DNA from: Pelagomonas calceolata
Lineage: Eukaryota
Direction of reading: 5' to 3'
Assembly: GCA_918797485.1 (NCBI GenBank)
Contig: CAKKNE010000006.1
Span: 2,418,001-2,482,000 of the forward strand
Length of the DNA stretch: 64,000 nt
The notes below the pieces were generated by a model. It did no database searches and had not been told where the DNA came from. It worked only from the letters and a program-made list of their open reading frames with translations. Below, in pieces: positions 50,201-60,600 of the stretch. A program made the translations under genes and the position numbers. How positions within the stretch are numbered: position 1 is the first letter of the stretch; every line of letters begins with the position of its first letter.

Positions 50201-50742
50201 TCTTCGGCCGCGGCGGCGCCCGTCACGCGGCTCCAGAGGTTCGCGGCCCAATCGACGACGACGTCGGTGGCGGCGAGGGCATCATCCAAACTCCAGCCGC
50301 GGTCCTCCTCCTCGGCGTCCTCCTCCTCTAGTCTGGCTTCGACGGCCGCCCGCGTCCGCGGCGTCGCGTCCTCAGCAAAGCCGCGCGTCGGGTTCAGGAC
50401 CTCGCCGGAGCGGCCGACGCGGGGAGTAAAGGACGTCGGCGCGTGCTCTTCCCGATAATGGCCCTCGGGTCGCGCTCCCGTGCCGAAGAACTCGTCGTGC
50501 CGCCCGAGCCCGCGCAGTCTGTGATTCGAGTTCACGTCGCCCGGCGCCGATCCGGGCCGCAGATCGCGCGCGCCGACCGCCTGCGTCTGCGTCCCACTAA
50601 TCACCTCGCCCGCGCGGCCGCCGATCCGATGCTCGTAGGTGCGGTCGTCGGCCTCATAGACCGGTGCTGCCCCGCCGGTGGTGTCGGTCGGGGCTAGGAT
50701 TTCGCCCGTGCGTCTAGCGGACGACGGGCGCCGCGGTGCCAT
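47242..50742 (-). CDS. Large Ala/Glu/Pro-rich protein with coiled coils and about four C-terminal TM helices
   Basis: 1166-aa ATG ORF; hydrophobic segments near the C-terminus; no recognisable domain. Confidence 0.6.
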   Translation of the reverse strand: MAPRRPSSARRTGEILAPTDTTGGAAPVYEADDRTYEHRIGGRAGEVISGTQTQAVGARDLRPGSAPGDVNSNHRLRGLGRHDEFFGTGARPEGHYREEHAPTSFTPRVGRSGEVLNPTRGFAEDATPRTRAAVEARLEEEDAEEEDRGWSLDDALAATDVVVDWAANLWSRVTGAAAAEDEGGDDDDGWDAHEAKLEAARRAAAQKREAEVEVERQREALESATNAAAKAAAELRQTRYDVSSLFGSDSDSDMVLSGASDDDDEEEAPPPPKKRRSLSPEPTLTAVEAIPAPAEETEQPPVPEESVAEPPTHTPVEALPRPAPPTGPPPGLALDDFAASERTAVETPVEPMEPRRSVEGAALALADAESAALEAPAQRSPQRSPARAPRSSVAGAPLALGDVDHAATYSSDDEARPAPTEEPTYADDDAAFGAVMDAFAEAATKAEADRQAAADAEAARAAQAAAAEEQARAARAAADARAAEAAAAAALAAAAEAGEKARAEAKARAAEVAAAAARARAAAEAEAARESELRRAEAERERIAAERRTAAVAAEAEAAAAAANAATPAAEVRSSTALPPSEYAATSEEVPAAQASTATSEEAARSSTALPQSEYAATAPAAQNSAAETARAPVAEVAGAAVGQLAGAAAGAVGGPAGSAVGGAVGGAVGQAVGAVVDAAASEKKPVVVASHRVRRRRGKEVRVSAALQQKRIDELEAKVAEALKLAAAAQKALDEAETRREQAEARAERAAAAVPPPTEMRQRRVDDDHDDNDEEAPLQREERKRKRRKRRPRCGARNWRRCLNCCLCRGGARVSPGGAFEWMLDDAQRNAALRAAKIRAAKLKYLEPPNICDVPFARRLDRSLQARLALLLWIHGLGAAIQLCVGVGAMTIRLGWTPEFGGALGPPFPLPTLALIKAGTCLVVFAILFRKTRIPPCLAALGCAPVPPKPAGGARPQPFRALTSRLLKQFLFAKLLDALAGYLLFWGCVASFNRRRNTRRIVDAFLGLCLTGLTVVDVYGALVCAGTTVYYVYYLYRTPGVDYDTDESGSESSSDSSDGEGHELLRRRGRDARREEALEAFAQATPREIRQAAAVARGGAVPSSLAWADPRFALQTARVSQTERARRPRRPERARPQTSREDGWTPTAPDPRLLELMAKRNADIV

Positions 50743-50964
50743 CTCGGCCCAGTGCCTACCCTGTATGGTTTTGGCTGCCTATTGTGGTCGCATCGCTCCG
50801 GCAAGGCTGCCCCGGCGGCCTAGGAGCACGTTGTTGTATGTGGCACAACGCAGCCGGTGATTGCTCTGCGCATAAACCGCGTACGAGGTGCGCCACCGGA
50901 AATCTGCTCGGGTTCGGGTTTTGCCGCCGCCCCGACGCCATCGACGCGAAAAACACAGGGCATT

Positions 50965-52089
50965 TTACCCCGGCGGCGGCGTCAGCGGCCTCACGCTTGC
51001 GAGGATGTCGGCGAACGGGTTCTTTGGCGGCGAGTTCTCGTCGCCAACGAGCGGCACGGGCGACCGGTACGCCTCGCCGAAGGCGCTCAGGTACGCGGCA
51101 TCGGCGACGGCCGCGTCGGGCGCATCCGCGGGCGGCGCCGGCGACGGCCCGGGGCACGCGACGACGGCCTTGCCGCCGGACCGCGGCAGGAACGGCGACA
51201 GCACGGGGAACGGGTTCAGCGCGCGCCGCGCGCGCCCGGGCGACGGCGGCGGCGTCGCGGGCGCGGGCGGCGGCGCCTCCGCGGGCGCCGGGGCCGCCCA
51301 CGCGCGCGCGAACGGCGCGGCAGGCACGGGCTTCGGCGCCGGTTTCCGCGGCGGCTTCGCGGCGGCCGGTTTCGGCGCGCGGGCCGGCGCGGCGGGCCGC
51401 TTCGGCGCCGGCTTCGGCGCCGGTCTCGCTGTCGCGGCCAGGGGCTTCGTCGACCGCGCAGGCGGCGCCGCGGGCTTCGGCGCGGCCGGCTTTGGAATGG
51501 CGACCGGCCGCGCCGCGGGCTTCGGCGGAGCCGGCTTCGGCGTGGCGACGGGCCGCGGCTTCGGCTTCGGCCGCGGCTTGGGGCGCGCGGGCGCGGGCGC
51601 CGGCGCGGGAACCGGCCGCGCCGCCGCGGCCTGGCGCTCGACGAGCGAGCCGCCGTTGCGCCGCGCCGCCTCGACGGACGCGCGGTACTCGTCGGGCACC
51701 GGCGGGAGCGGCGGCGGCGGCGCGACGTCCTCGCGCCGCCGCTGGACGCGGGGCCGCGGCGGCGGCGCGGTCGAGCGCGTGTCGAACGCGGGCCGCGCGT
51801 CCGTCGGCGACGGCGGCGGCCGCCGCGCGGACTTCGGGCGCGCGGGCTTCGGCCGCGGCGGCGCCGCGCGGACGGGCGCTGTCCGCGCGAGAGGTGCGGC
51901 GCGCACCACGGGCGCCGTCCGCGCGGGCGCTGCGTCCACCGCCGGGCGTTTTGGCGCGGCGGCCTTCGCCGGCGCGGCCGTCACGGCGTCGTACGCGCCC
52001 ACGAGGTTTCGCAGCTGTTCCTCGAGTTCTTCGAGCGTTGGCGCGGGCCCGCGCAGCGCGTAGTTCGTTTCTACGACGGCGGAAGCCAT
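50965..52089 (-). CDS. Pro/Ala/Lys-rich low-complexity protein
   Basis: ATG at 52089 downstream of a promoter-motif copy; PKPA repeats. Confidence 0.5.
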   Translation of the reverse strand: MASAVVETNYALRGPAPTLEELEEQLRNLVGAYDAVTAAPAKAAAPKRPAVDAAPARTAPVVRAAPLARTAPVRAAPPRPKPARPKSARRPPPSPTDARPAFDTRSTAPPPRPRVQRRREDVAPPPPLPPVPDEYRASVEAARRNGGSLVERQAAAARPVPAPAPAPARPKPRPKPKPRPVATPKPAPPKPAARPVAIPKPAAPKPAAPPARSTKPLAATARPAPKPAPKRPAAPARAPKPAAAKPPRKPAPKPVPAAPFARAWAAPAPAEAPPPAPATPPPSPGRARRALNPFPVLSPFLPRSGGKAVVACPGPSPAPPADAPDAAVADAAYLSAFGEAYRSPVPLVGDENSPPKNPFADILASVRPLTPPPG

Positions 52090-52259
52090 CCGTTCGCAAT
52101 TCAGTTGGCCCCCAGCAGCAGTGATTTCAAAATGTGTGCGGCCACGCCGTGCGAGCGGCTGGTACGGGGCGTCTATTAGCAATTTGTGGCCACGTAAACG
52201 AAACCAATCTCGCTGGTAGCCAGTAGGTAGCGCAAAATCTCGTGCGCTTTCATATTTTT

Positions 52260-52282
52260 GCTAGCGTCCTGTAAGACACTAG
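52260..52282. promoter_or_regulatory. CTAG-bounded upstream motif
   Basis: gctagcgtcctgtaagacactag, between divergent genes. Confidence 0.6.
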
Positions 52283-52363
52283 AAAAGCCGACAAGCGCAG
52301 CTGCATGCCTAGCTGAGCAGCGTGGGCTGTACGCGCAGGACCGGTACTGGCAGCACTCGTACA

Positions 52364-52798
52364 ATGCTCCTCGCACGCCTCGCAAGAAGCACAAGGCCCG
52401 CGGTCCGGCGCTTCGCCGCCGACGTGCCCGCCGCGCAAGCAGCACTGCCGCGCACCATCCCTGATGAAGCGCTGGACTTCGAGATGCGCATGTATGTCCA
52501 CGCCGGGCGCAAATTACCCGTCCCGGAAGCACACATGATTTCGGAGTATAAGGTGAAGCTGCGCGTCAAAATAGAGGACCTCGGCCTCGACGACATCGGC
52601 GCGGCGCGCCTCGCGTATTTGACGGGCCCGCGCTTCGACGCGGCGCGGGGCGTGCTGACGCTGACGGCGGAGCGCTTTCCGTCGAGGACGGAGAATCGGC
52701 GCTATCTCATCCACCAGCTCGAGCTCTTGAAGCGGGCGGCGTCTGAGGCCGACGACGAGTTCGACGCGGCGTGGCGGCGGCGGGAAGAAGATGAGTAA
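52364..52798 (+). CDS. MRPS35: Mitochondrial small-subunit ribosomal protein mS35
   Basis: KVKLRVKIEDLGL..LTGPRFD..LTLTAERFPSRTENRRYL; mitochondrial-type leader. Confidence 0.75.
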   Translation: MLLARLARSTRPAVRRFAADVPAAQAALPRTIPDEALDFEMRMYVHAGRKLPVPEAHMISEYKVKLRVKIEDLGLDDIGAARLAYLTGPRFDAARGVLTLTAERFPSRTENRRYLIHQLELLKRAASEADDEFDAAWRRREEDE

Positions 52799-52937
52799 GT
52801 TCTGTTGTTGCGTATCCAACGAGACGTCGGCGCTATCGATATTCGCTAGTATGTCTCGAGCACGCTAGGTTTCATCGAGTCCTGGCTCTCGCCTGCGAGC
52901 GCAGCTGTGGCGAGCGAAGTGTTGAGGCTGTGCAACA

Positions 52938-54602
52938 ATGCGCCGCGCCCTCGCACACCTGCAGCGATGCAGCATCTCCAGCAGCACACGACACGCGTCG
53001 TCCACGGCCGAGACAGCCCTGCGCGCCGCCGCCGCACAACAGCAGCAGCAACGGCGCGCCGACGCGAAACGACGGGAGGCCTCGAAGCGCTGGCGCGCGG
53101 GCGGCCGCCTCCTCGACGAGTTCCGACGGCTCGAGCGGGACAAGGCCGCGACGCGCGAGGAGACGCGGCTGGCCGTGATGGTCGCGTTGAAGCGCAACGC
53201 GCTCCAGCGGCCGGCGCACGTCGCGGCGGCGGCGCGCGCGCTCGCGGCGCGCGGCGACGCCGCGGGCGCGGCCTGGCTCGTGGGCAGCAGCCCGGCTCGT
53301 GGATTGGTCAACAACGCGGCCTACGCCGCGGCTTTGAAGGCCTGCGGTAAAGCCGGGGACAGGGAGCGCGCCGAGAAGCTGCTGCACGAGATGCGCGAGA
53401 AAGGCGTCGAGCCCGACGGCCTCGCGTACGCGGGCGCTATACGGGCGGGCGTCGACGGCCTCCTGGACGCCGCGCTTGATTTAAAGGAGGATCCGACGAA
53501 AGTCCTCGCGCTGCGCGCCGCGCTGCGGCGCATGAATTACGAGGAGGCGGCGGAGGTCGTCCGAAACAGCCCGCTGGCCGAGGAGGCCGACGGCGTCTAC
53601 GTCGCGCGGCGCTGCGCTTCAGCTGGAGACGTCGCGCGGACGGATGCGGTGGCATCGTCCTGGCCGTCATCGCAACGGTGCCTCGCGGCGCGCGTAGAGG
53701 CGCGCGGCAACAGCGGCGATGTGCGCGGGGCGGTGGAGCTCGCCGAGGCGGGCGAGCCGATCTATCCAGTCGTCGCGAACGCGGCCATGCGGGCCCTCTC
53801 ATTAATTGGAGACGGCGCCGGATCGATGGCGTTCCTAAGACGATTACCGGAGACGGCAATTGACAGAGGCACCTACCTCCTGGCCATGCGCGCGCACAAG
53901 TGTGATGCCGACGGGTGCCTGGCCTTGTTCCGGGCTTGCGAGCCGGCGACGGGCGAACCGGTGGACGAGAAGCTTGTCGCCGCGGCGCTCGAGGCGCTCG
54001 CGGAGGCGCGGCGCCACGACGACGCCGCCGAGCTCGCGCGCGACGCGGCCCGGCGCGGGATTGGCCTGGACGACCGCGGCGCCGCGGCGCTCGTGCGCGC
54101 GTCCCGGCGGAGTGGCGACTGGCAGGGCGCGCTCGACTTGCCGGTAGTAGGTCCGCTGTCGGCGCACGCCGCGGTCGAGGCTTGTAGAGCCGGAGCGGAC
54201 GCCGACCGAGCCGTGCAAATCGTCGAGGGCCTGGAGGCGCCGTCGCCGGCCCTGCTCGCCGACGCGGCGGCGGCGTGCGACGATGCTCACGTAGAGGCCG
54301 CTGCGAGGATCTGGCGCGCGGGCGTGCAGGCCGGACTCTATCCGACCCCGGCGCGCGGCGACGACGTCTTGACCGTGGACGCTCACGCCATGACGGCGCC
54401 ACTCGCCGTCGGTGCGGTCGTCGGCGCGTTGCAGGAGTGCGGCGACGCGCAGGCCGTCGTGGTCTTGACGGGCGACGAGGACCTCAAGCCCCAGCTGCGG
54501 TCGCGGTTGGAGGCGCTCGGGATTGAGTTGGGGGCGACGGCGAACGCGGGGGCGCTGGTCGTGCCTGGGGCGGAGGCGCGGGGGTTTTGTACTAGTGGGT
54601 AA
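52938..54602 (+). CDS. PPR protein with C-terminal Smr-like domain
   Basis: AYAAALKACGKAGDRERAEKLLHEMREKGVEPD; C-terminal VDAHAMT..VVVLTG..NAGALVV. Confidence 0.7.
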   Translation: MRRALAHLQRCSISSSTRHASSTAETALRAAAAQQQQQRRADAKRREASKRWRAGGRLLDEFRRLERDKAATREETRLAVMVALKRNALQRPAHVAAAARALAARGDAAGAAWLVGSSPARGLVNNAAYAAALKACGKAGDRERAEKLLHEMREKGVEPDGLAYAGAIRAGVDGLLDAALDLKEDPTKVLALRAALRRMNYEEAAEVVRNSPLAEEADGVYVARRCASAGDVARTDAVASSWPSSQRCLAARVEARGNSGDVRGAVELAEAGEPIYPVVANAAMRALSLIGDGAGSMAFLRRLPETAIDRGTYLLAMRAHKCDADGCLALFRACEPATGEPVDEKLVAAALEALAEARRHDDAAELARDAARRGIGLDDRGAAALVRASRRSGDWQGALDLPVVGPLSAHAAVEACRAGADADRAVQIVEGLEAPSPALLADAAAACDDAHVEAAARIWRAGVQAGLYPTPARGDDVLTVDAHAMTAPLAVGAVVGALQECGDAQAVVVLTGDEDLKPQLRSRLEALGIELGATANAGALVVPGAEARGFCTSG

Positions 54603-54642
54603 TTGTTGTATTATCAGATTCACAGATAAGAAAGTTACGACC

Positions 54643-57600
54643 CTACGTAACCTTGAACGCGTCCGCCTGCTGCGAGTTCCGCGCGGACTCCTCGGACGAG
54701 CGGCGCGACCGTCGCCGCTCGATCTTCGCGAGGAGGTATTTTCGTTTCATCTTTCGCCGGATGTAGAAGTAGGTCACCGTCACCATCCCGATGAACATGC
54801 TGATAACGATGAGCCACGTCAGCGTCCAGGCTTCGAAGCTCGAGGGGATTTTGATGAGCATGTGACAGCTCATATACCTATCATACCTGTGGGAATCGAT
54901 CGGTGAGCCTCCACGCCATCGACGTAACGAGACGCGGGCAAAATCGCGTTTCGTTGACGGTCCCTTCGAACCCGCGCCGGCAGCTCCTCGTCCCGAACAT
55001 TTCATCAGGATCCAACAGATTGCGGTAGTTGACCATGTCCATCACGGCAAAGGCCGGGCCCTTGCCCAAGAGGTCCTGGAACGGGCCCCGGCACTCGCGA
55101 TGCGCCGTCCACGGCCCGAATATGCCAATGCCGCCCTTCCTCATGCAGATATTCTCGATGTACTTGGCTTTGCACCAGCACGTGCACTCGTTGGGCGCGG
55201 TACAATTCCCGCGCGAGGCGTAGTAGCCGCCCGGTTCGCCCGGCGCGCCCCGGAACTCGTCGGGCACCGGCCGCAGCGGCCAGATGCCGATCAGGCCGCA
55301 CGGGCTCTTCTCGAAGGCGTCGACCTTGTTCTCGTCGAAGGTCATGAGCTGGCGCCGCTCGAGAGGGGTAGCGACGCGCTCGCAGACGGGCGTGCGGCAG
55401 TCGTAGCCCGTCCAGCCTTCGGTGCAGGTACAGGTGTCCGGCGCCGTGCAGTAGCCCCCATTGGGACAACGGTAGCAGCCCTCGCCGCCCGGCGCTTGCG
55501 GTATTCCCTTGATGGGACCGCTACAGAAGGGGTCGAAATAGCCCTGCACGCATATCGGCATCGTGCAGTCCGTGCCCTGCCAACCCGTCGCTCCGCCCGG
55601 CGCATTGGGGAATTTCTCGTGCAAGACACTGAGTGCGGTGACGCACTCACATGTGTCCTTCTCCTTGCAAACACCACCGTTCTCGCACGCCGCGACCTGT
55701 TCGTCGGGATACTGGAGGTGGCGGCAGAGCGGCGTCCGGCAGTCGAAGCCACCGTAACCGTCCTTGCACGTGCAGACGTCCGGGGCTATACATGTGCCGC
55801 CGCCGAAGCACTCATACATGCCTTCCCCACGAATCGGCTCGCCGTAGTACCACTGGTCCTCCTCGCCCTCGCCGCCCTCGATCTTCGTGATGTTCGGCGT
55901 ATTAATTCTAATGTGCCGCCCGATCTCGAAGCGCTGCATCGGCGCGTCTTCGATGCCCTTCGCATCACTCGGCCCGATGCCGTACTCGATGCCCACACCA
56001 TCCGCTCGCTCGCAGGCCCCTCCATCATCACAGAGCCCCGCGTCGTCGACGTAGTCCCCTTGCCACCACTCCGTCATGCCACACAAAAACTGGTGCGACG
56101 TCGAATTGGTTTTTGGGTCATCCCTTCTACCAGAATCGTACTGGGGCCGCTTCTTGTAGACCTCCTGCCAGTCCATCTGCATCTGCGTCGGGCCGCAGAT
56201 GCGGATTTGTTGGGAGCCCAATCGTCCCGTATAGAACTCGTCGGGGACTTGGTTGTAGGTGTAGCGCGGGATGCCGGTAAAGCAGGTCTGCTTATGCCGG
56301 TCCTCGCAGGTCGCTTCGGTGTACAAGCAGCCGGCGGCCACATCACACCTAGCTTCTCCGGTAAAGCCCGCCGCGGCCTGCTCGTGGAACATCTCGTCGC
56401 ACGTGCCCGGTCCTGTTGTGGTATAAACACAGGGCGCGGGGCACCTCGACGCCCCGCCCTTCGCGTGGTCGTCGAAATTCGCGGCGCAGTCCCCCGGACC
56501 GCCCGTCGCCGGCTCCGTGCAGGTCCCCGGCTCGGCGCAGATACTTTCGTAGGTCTGGGCCTGGTATTGTTCGGCGGCCGACACGTAGCCGACTCTTTTT
56601 AAAAGCCATTCGTCTTTACAGGGGGAGTCGCTTTGCTCACAATTCTTCGCTTTGGACACGACGATGCCGTTCTCCACAATTTCCCCGCAGGCCGGGCTCT
56701 GGCATTCGCCCCAGAAGACCTCTCTAGCACCTTGCAACATAGAAGCAGCAGCACACGTGAAATTGACCAAAACGCCGCGCTCGTCGTACTCATATAACTT
56801 ACGACCATCTTGTTTCAGTTTACCGTAGGACGGCGAAGCCGGATCCGTGTCAAACACTCGATCCGCTCTCCTCAACTCCCCGGACCACGACGACCCGGGA
56901 CAACTGATACAATCATACGCACCGACGTCTTTGAAGTCCGGGTCATTGGGATCCTTGAGGATGCCTTCTTCCGCGAAGCGGTTCGCGAAGTAGTCCTCGA
57001 AGACTGACCGAGTCTGCCAGTAGCGCGTGCAGCAGCCCGTATCTAATACATCATACCCACAACCCTTCGGGAACGACTCGCCCACGTTGCTGACGACCAT
57101 GCGGTCGTAGGACGGGCACCGCGGCATGGCGACCGGCAGTCCAGTTTCAGGATCATTGGCACCGCACTTCTTCACGCGGTATTCGTTACCCTGGTTGTCG
57201 AACCGGATAATGTCCTCCCTACCGTCGTAACCGCGCCCGCCCAGCTCCGTGTATAAGACGGATCTTAACTCTAGACATAACTTCGTCTGGGCCTGCCAGG
57301 AGCACGTCGCGTTCTTCTCGCAGGGGTCCTGCTTCTTGCCGGCGCAGCCGATCGGGTCCCGGCCGCCTCCTGCCAATGTTATCGTCTGGTCCTTCAGCGC
57401 GCCGGGATCCGTGACGACCGCCTCGCTCAACAACTTCTCGCGGATGTCCGCGGCAGGCCCCGCATTGAGCGTGAACTTTTCCGCTTGGGTGCAGATGGGA
57501 GTGGCACAATCAAAACCCGTCCAGCCCGTCTTCTGCGGGTCGCCGTTCGGTTTTCGGAAGAGCGGTCTCTTCACCGTATGGCCGGAAGGCCACGTCGAGT

Positions 57601-60600
57601 CCCAGAGCTTGCACTTGCACGTGTCGGGCGCGACGCACTCGCCGTTGTGGTAGCATTCTTGCGCGCAGACGGGCCGGTCGCAGTACTGGCCCTCCCAGCC
57701 GGACTCGCAGGTGCACTCGCCTGCGTGGCACGGACGCCGTCGCGACACTGCCTCCGTTCACTCACGAGACTGTGTGTAAGTCCACCGCGACGCCATCGAG
57801 CCGACGTCACGTCGATGGCGTACAGGGGAAGCGGTAGGCTCTCATGCGACCACGCCGAGGGCGTCGAGGCGAAAAGAACGGACGCCGCGTCCGCACCGGG
57901 CATCGTGCAGTTCCCGTTGTGCTGGCACGGCTCGTCGCAGACCGGCACGGAACAGTCGTGGCCGCTCCAGCCGTCCGCGCATCTACAGGTGTCTGGGGCC
58001 ACGCACGTGCCGTTGTTGTAGCAGCCCCGCAGGACCTCATCCACACATTCGCCGCCGATGGACGTCCAGGCGGACTCAAACCCATACGCCCTAGCATCAT
58101 CATACGTAATCCGAGGGCGGTAGGCGAAATCAGTATCTTGCACCGCCACATCACTCATAGTTGGTGGCGTGATGCCACCTATTCGCTGTTGCTGAGAACC
58201 ATCAACAAACGCGCGAGCCTTGCTACGCGTGTCGGGGACGTGGAACTCGGGCACACCTAGATCATCATCGAGGACCCCAATGTCGGGATGATCCGGGTTG
58301 GGACAGACCCTCTTAAACTCCATGAGGCAGGTCCCGTACTCCCACGTATTATTGGTCGTGATCCAGACGCCGTCGCGGCGATGGCCCTCGTTCGTGTAGA
58401 CGTACGTGACCTCTTGTTCGGCCCTTGTACCTTCATACAACGTATGCGTGATATCGAGCTTGGCCGTGGCGGCGTGCGTCGGCGGCCACTCCATGCCGTC
58501 GTCCCAATAGGTATAAGTGATACCATTGAGCTGCTTCTCGGAGTTCATGTAGCGACTGTAGAAGTTAAAGTGGTCGTAGACGGTGCCCGGCTTCTCCCAG
58601 AGCGTGAACGCCCGAATAGAACACCTGTAGCCGCCCTGCGGGCCGTGCTCGTACAAGTATCTGACACCCGGATGGGTCACTTCCGTCCTCACTAAAGTTT
58701 TATGATCGGCAAACACTTCTTCATCTAACACGAAATCAGGATTGCTATAAGGCCAGTCCCGCCGATGGGCCGACATGTTCTGGTCGAGCGCCCAGTCGAA
58801 ATTCGATAATTCCGTCGTCTTCTCGGTGCCGGAGACAAATTTCTCTTGCTCCGGAAAGTAGTAGCCCTGCGTGCAGATCGGCGTTCGACAATCGAAGCCG
58901 CCCCAGCCCTCCTCGCACCGACAGACGTCCGGAGCGGTGCAGTTGCCGTGGTTCGCACAGACATAAACGCCCTGCGTGACGTTGTGCAATTCGAAGAACG
59001 CCACCTGCCTGTCACTCGCGTGGTTCCAGGGCCGCGTGCGGTCCTTCCCCCCAATCATCGGCCCGATCGGCGCTTTCCACGGCCAGCCCGTCGCGTTCCA
59101 GTTGTAGGGGCCGCCCGTGTAGTAGCGCATGAACGCCGTCGTCTTGTTCGTCGCTGTTGAATATTGGAACTGCGTCCAGGCGTCCTCTCGCACCTCGAAA
59201 CTGTCGCATCTCTTGGGTCGGTTCCGGAAACCGGTCACATGCAAGTAGTTCGGACCGGACTTGGCCTCCATGATCGTATAGGTCCGTTCCGGTTGCGCAC
59301 AATCAAAGCCTTTCGTCGCGTTGCACCACTCCTTGAAAAAACAAGGTCTATACATGGCCCACGTTCGCGGTCGCACGTCCAAACCAATCGATTGGTCTTC
59401 GGACACGCGAGGCCCGGCCTGCGTCGTCCCATAAGCTTTAAATTCGCCCTGATGACACACGGGCAACCCGCAGTCGTGGCCGTGCCACTGCGGGGGACAT
59501 TGACAGGTATTTGGCGCGACGCACCGCCCGCCGTTCTTGCATTCCTGGTCACAGACCGGTGCGCGGCAGTCCTCGCCACTCCACTGCGACGGGCACGTGC
59601 ACGTGTCCGGCCCCGTGCAGTTGCCGCCGTTGCCGCACGTCGTCGCGCAGACGGGCGTCGTGCAATTCGCGTCGAACCACCCGTACTTGCACGCGCACGT
59701 GTCCGGCGCGACGCATTCTCCGCGATTCGCGCACTCCTGGACGCAGAGCGGCGTCTGGCAGTCGGCTCCCGACCATCCTGGTGAGCAAGCACAGGCGTCG
59801 GGGCCGACGCAGACCGACCGTTTTACGGACGAACAGAGGACACCAGCCGCCGGTACGGGAGGTTTCGTATCTATGCGCGTCGGATATGGGGATGCCGAGG
59901 GATACGACGTCGGTACTGCTGAAGGTGCTTCGGTAGCCATCAGCAATCGACGCCGCGAAAAGCCGGCAAATTCAACAATCGACGCGCCAAAATTCAGCAA
60001 CTTCGCAGCAGCGGTACAGATCGGCGCGGCGCAGTCACTCCCGCCCCAGCCCTCCTGGCACTGACACTTCTCCGGTCCAATACAAACCCCGCCGTTCTCG
60101 CACGGTTGGCTACAGACCGCCGTGATCTTGCGGATGACGTTGTTGCCCGCGTCGGCGACATATATGGACTCGTTGGCCAGTTGGAGGGACGGTTTGCCTT
60201 GATATAAAGCGATAGCGGCGGGCCGATCAAAAGCTGCGGCTAGCGGGGGATAGCCGTCCGCAAAACCGCAAGCCCGTTCGAGGGGCGCTCGCGCGACGCC
60301 GGCGATGGTCTGCACCTCCCAGGGCCCGTAGTCGTGATACGGTTCGAACATGAGCAACCTTTCCACTTTATAAGGACCGCCTTCGTCCCAGGAACCATAG
60401 AGCGTGGCCATGACTCCGGTGCTATTCCCAGTTCGATCTCTCGTAAAGACCGTCGGTGCTATTGTGGGCCTTGCCGTTCTTTTGGGCGTCGGTTCGGCCG
60501 ACGGCAGGACCGTGGGTTCGGCGGACGGTGGTGTGGTGGGCACCATGGACGGCTGCGGACTGCCGCCGAAGAACGTCGGTTTCAATGTTACTGTTGGCAG

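Noticed and set aside
50761..50968. Possible intron fusing the 52089 gene to the 50742 gene (GTAAAA donor, CATACAG acceptor on the - strand)
   Set aside because: Donor is phase 2 and acceptor phase 0, and the interval contains promoter-like GGCTGCC motifs
7243..57896. Apparent frameshifts or pseudogenes in the HET-ankyrin A, HCAR, GDH2, FkbM and EGF genes
   Set aside because: Each break is resolved exactly by a GT/GC..AG intron that restores conserved motifs
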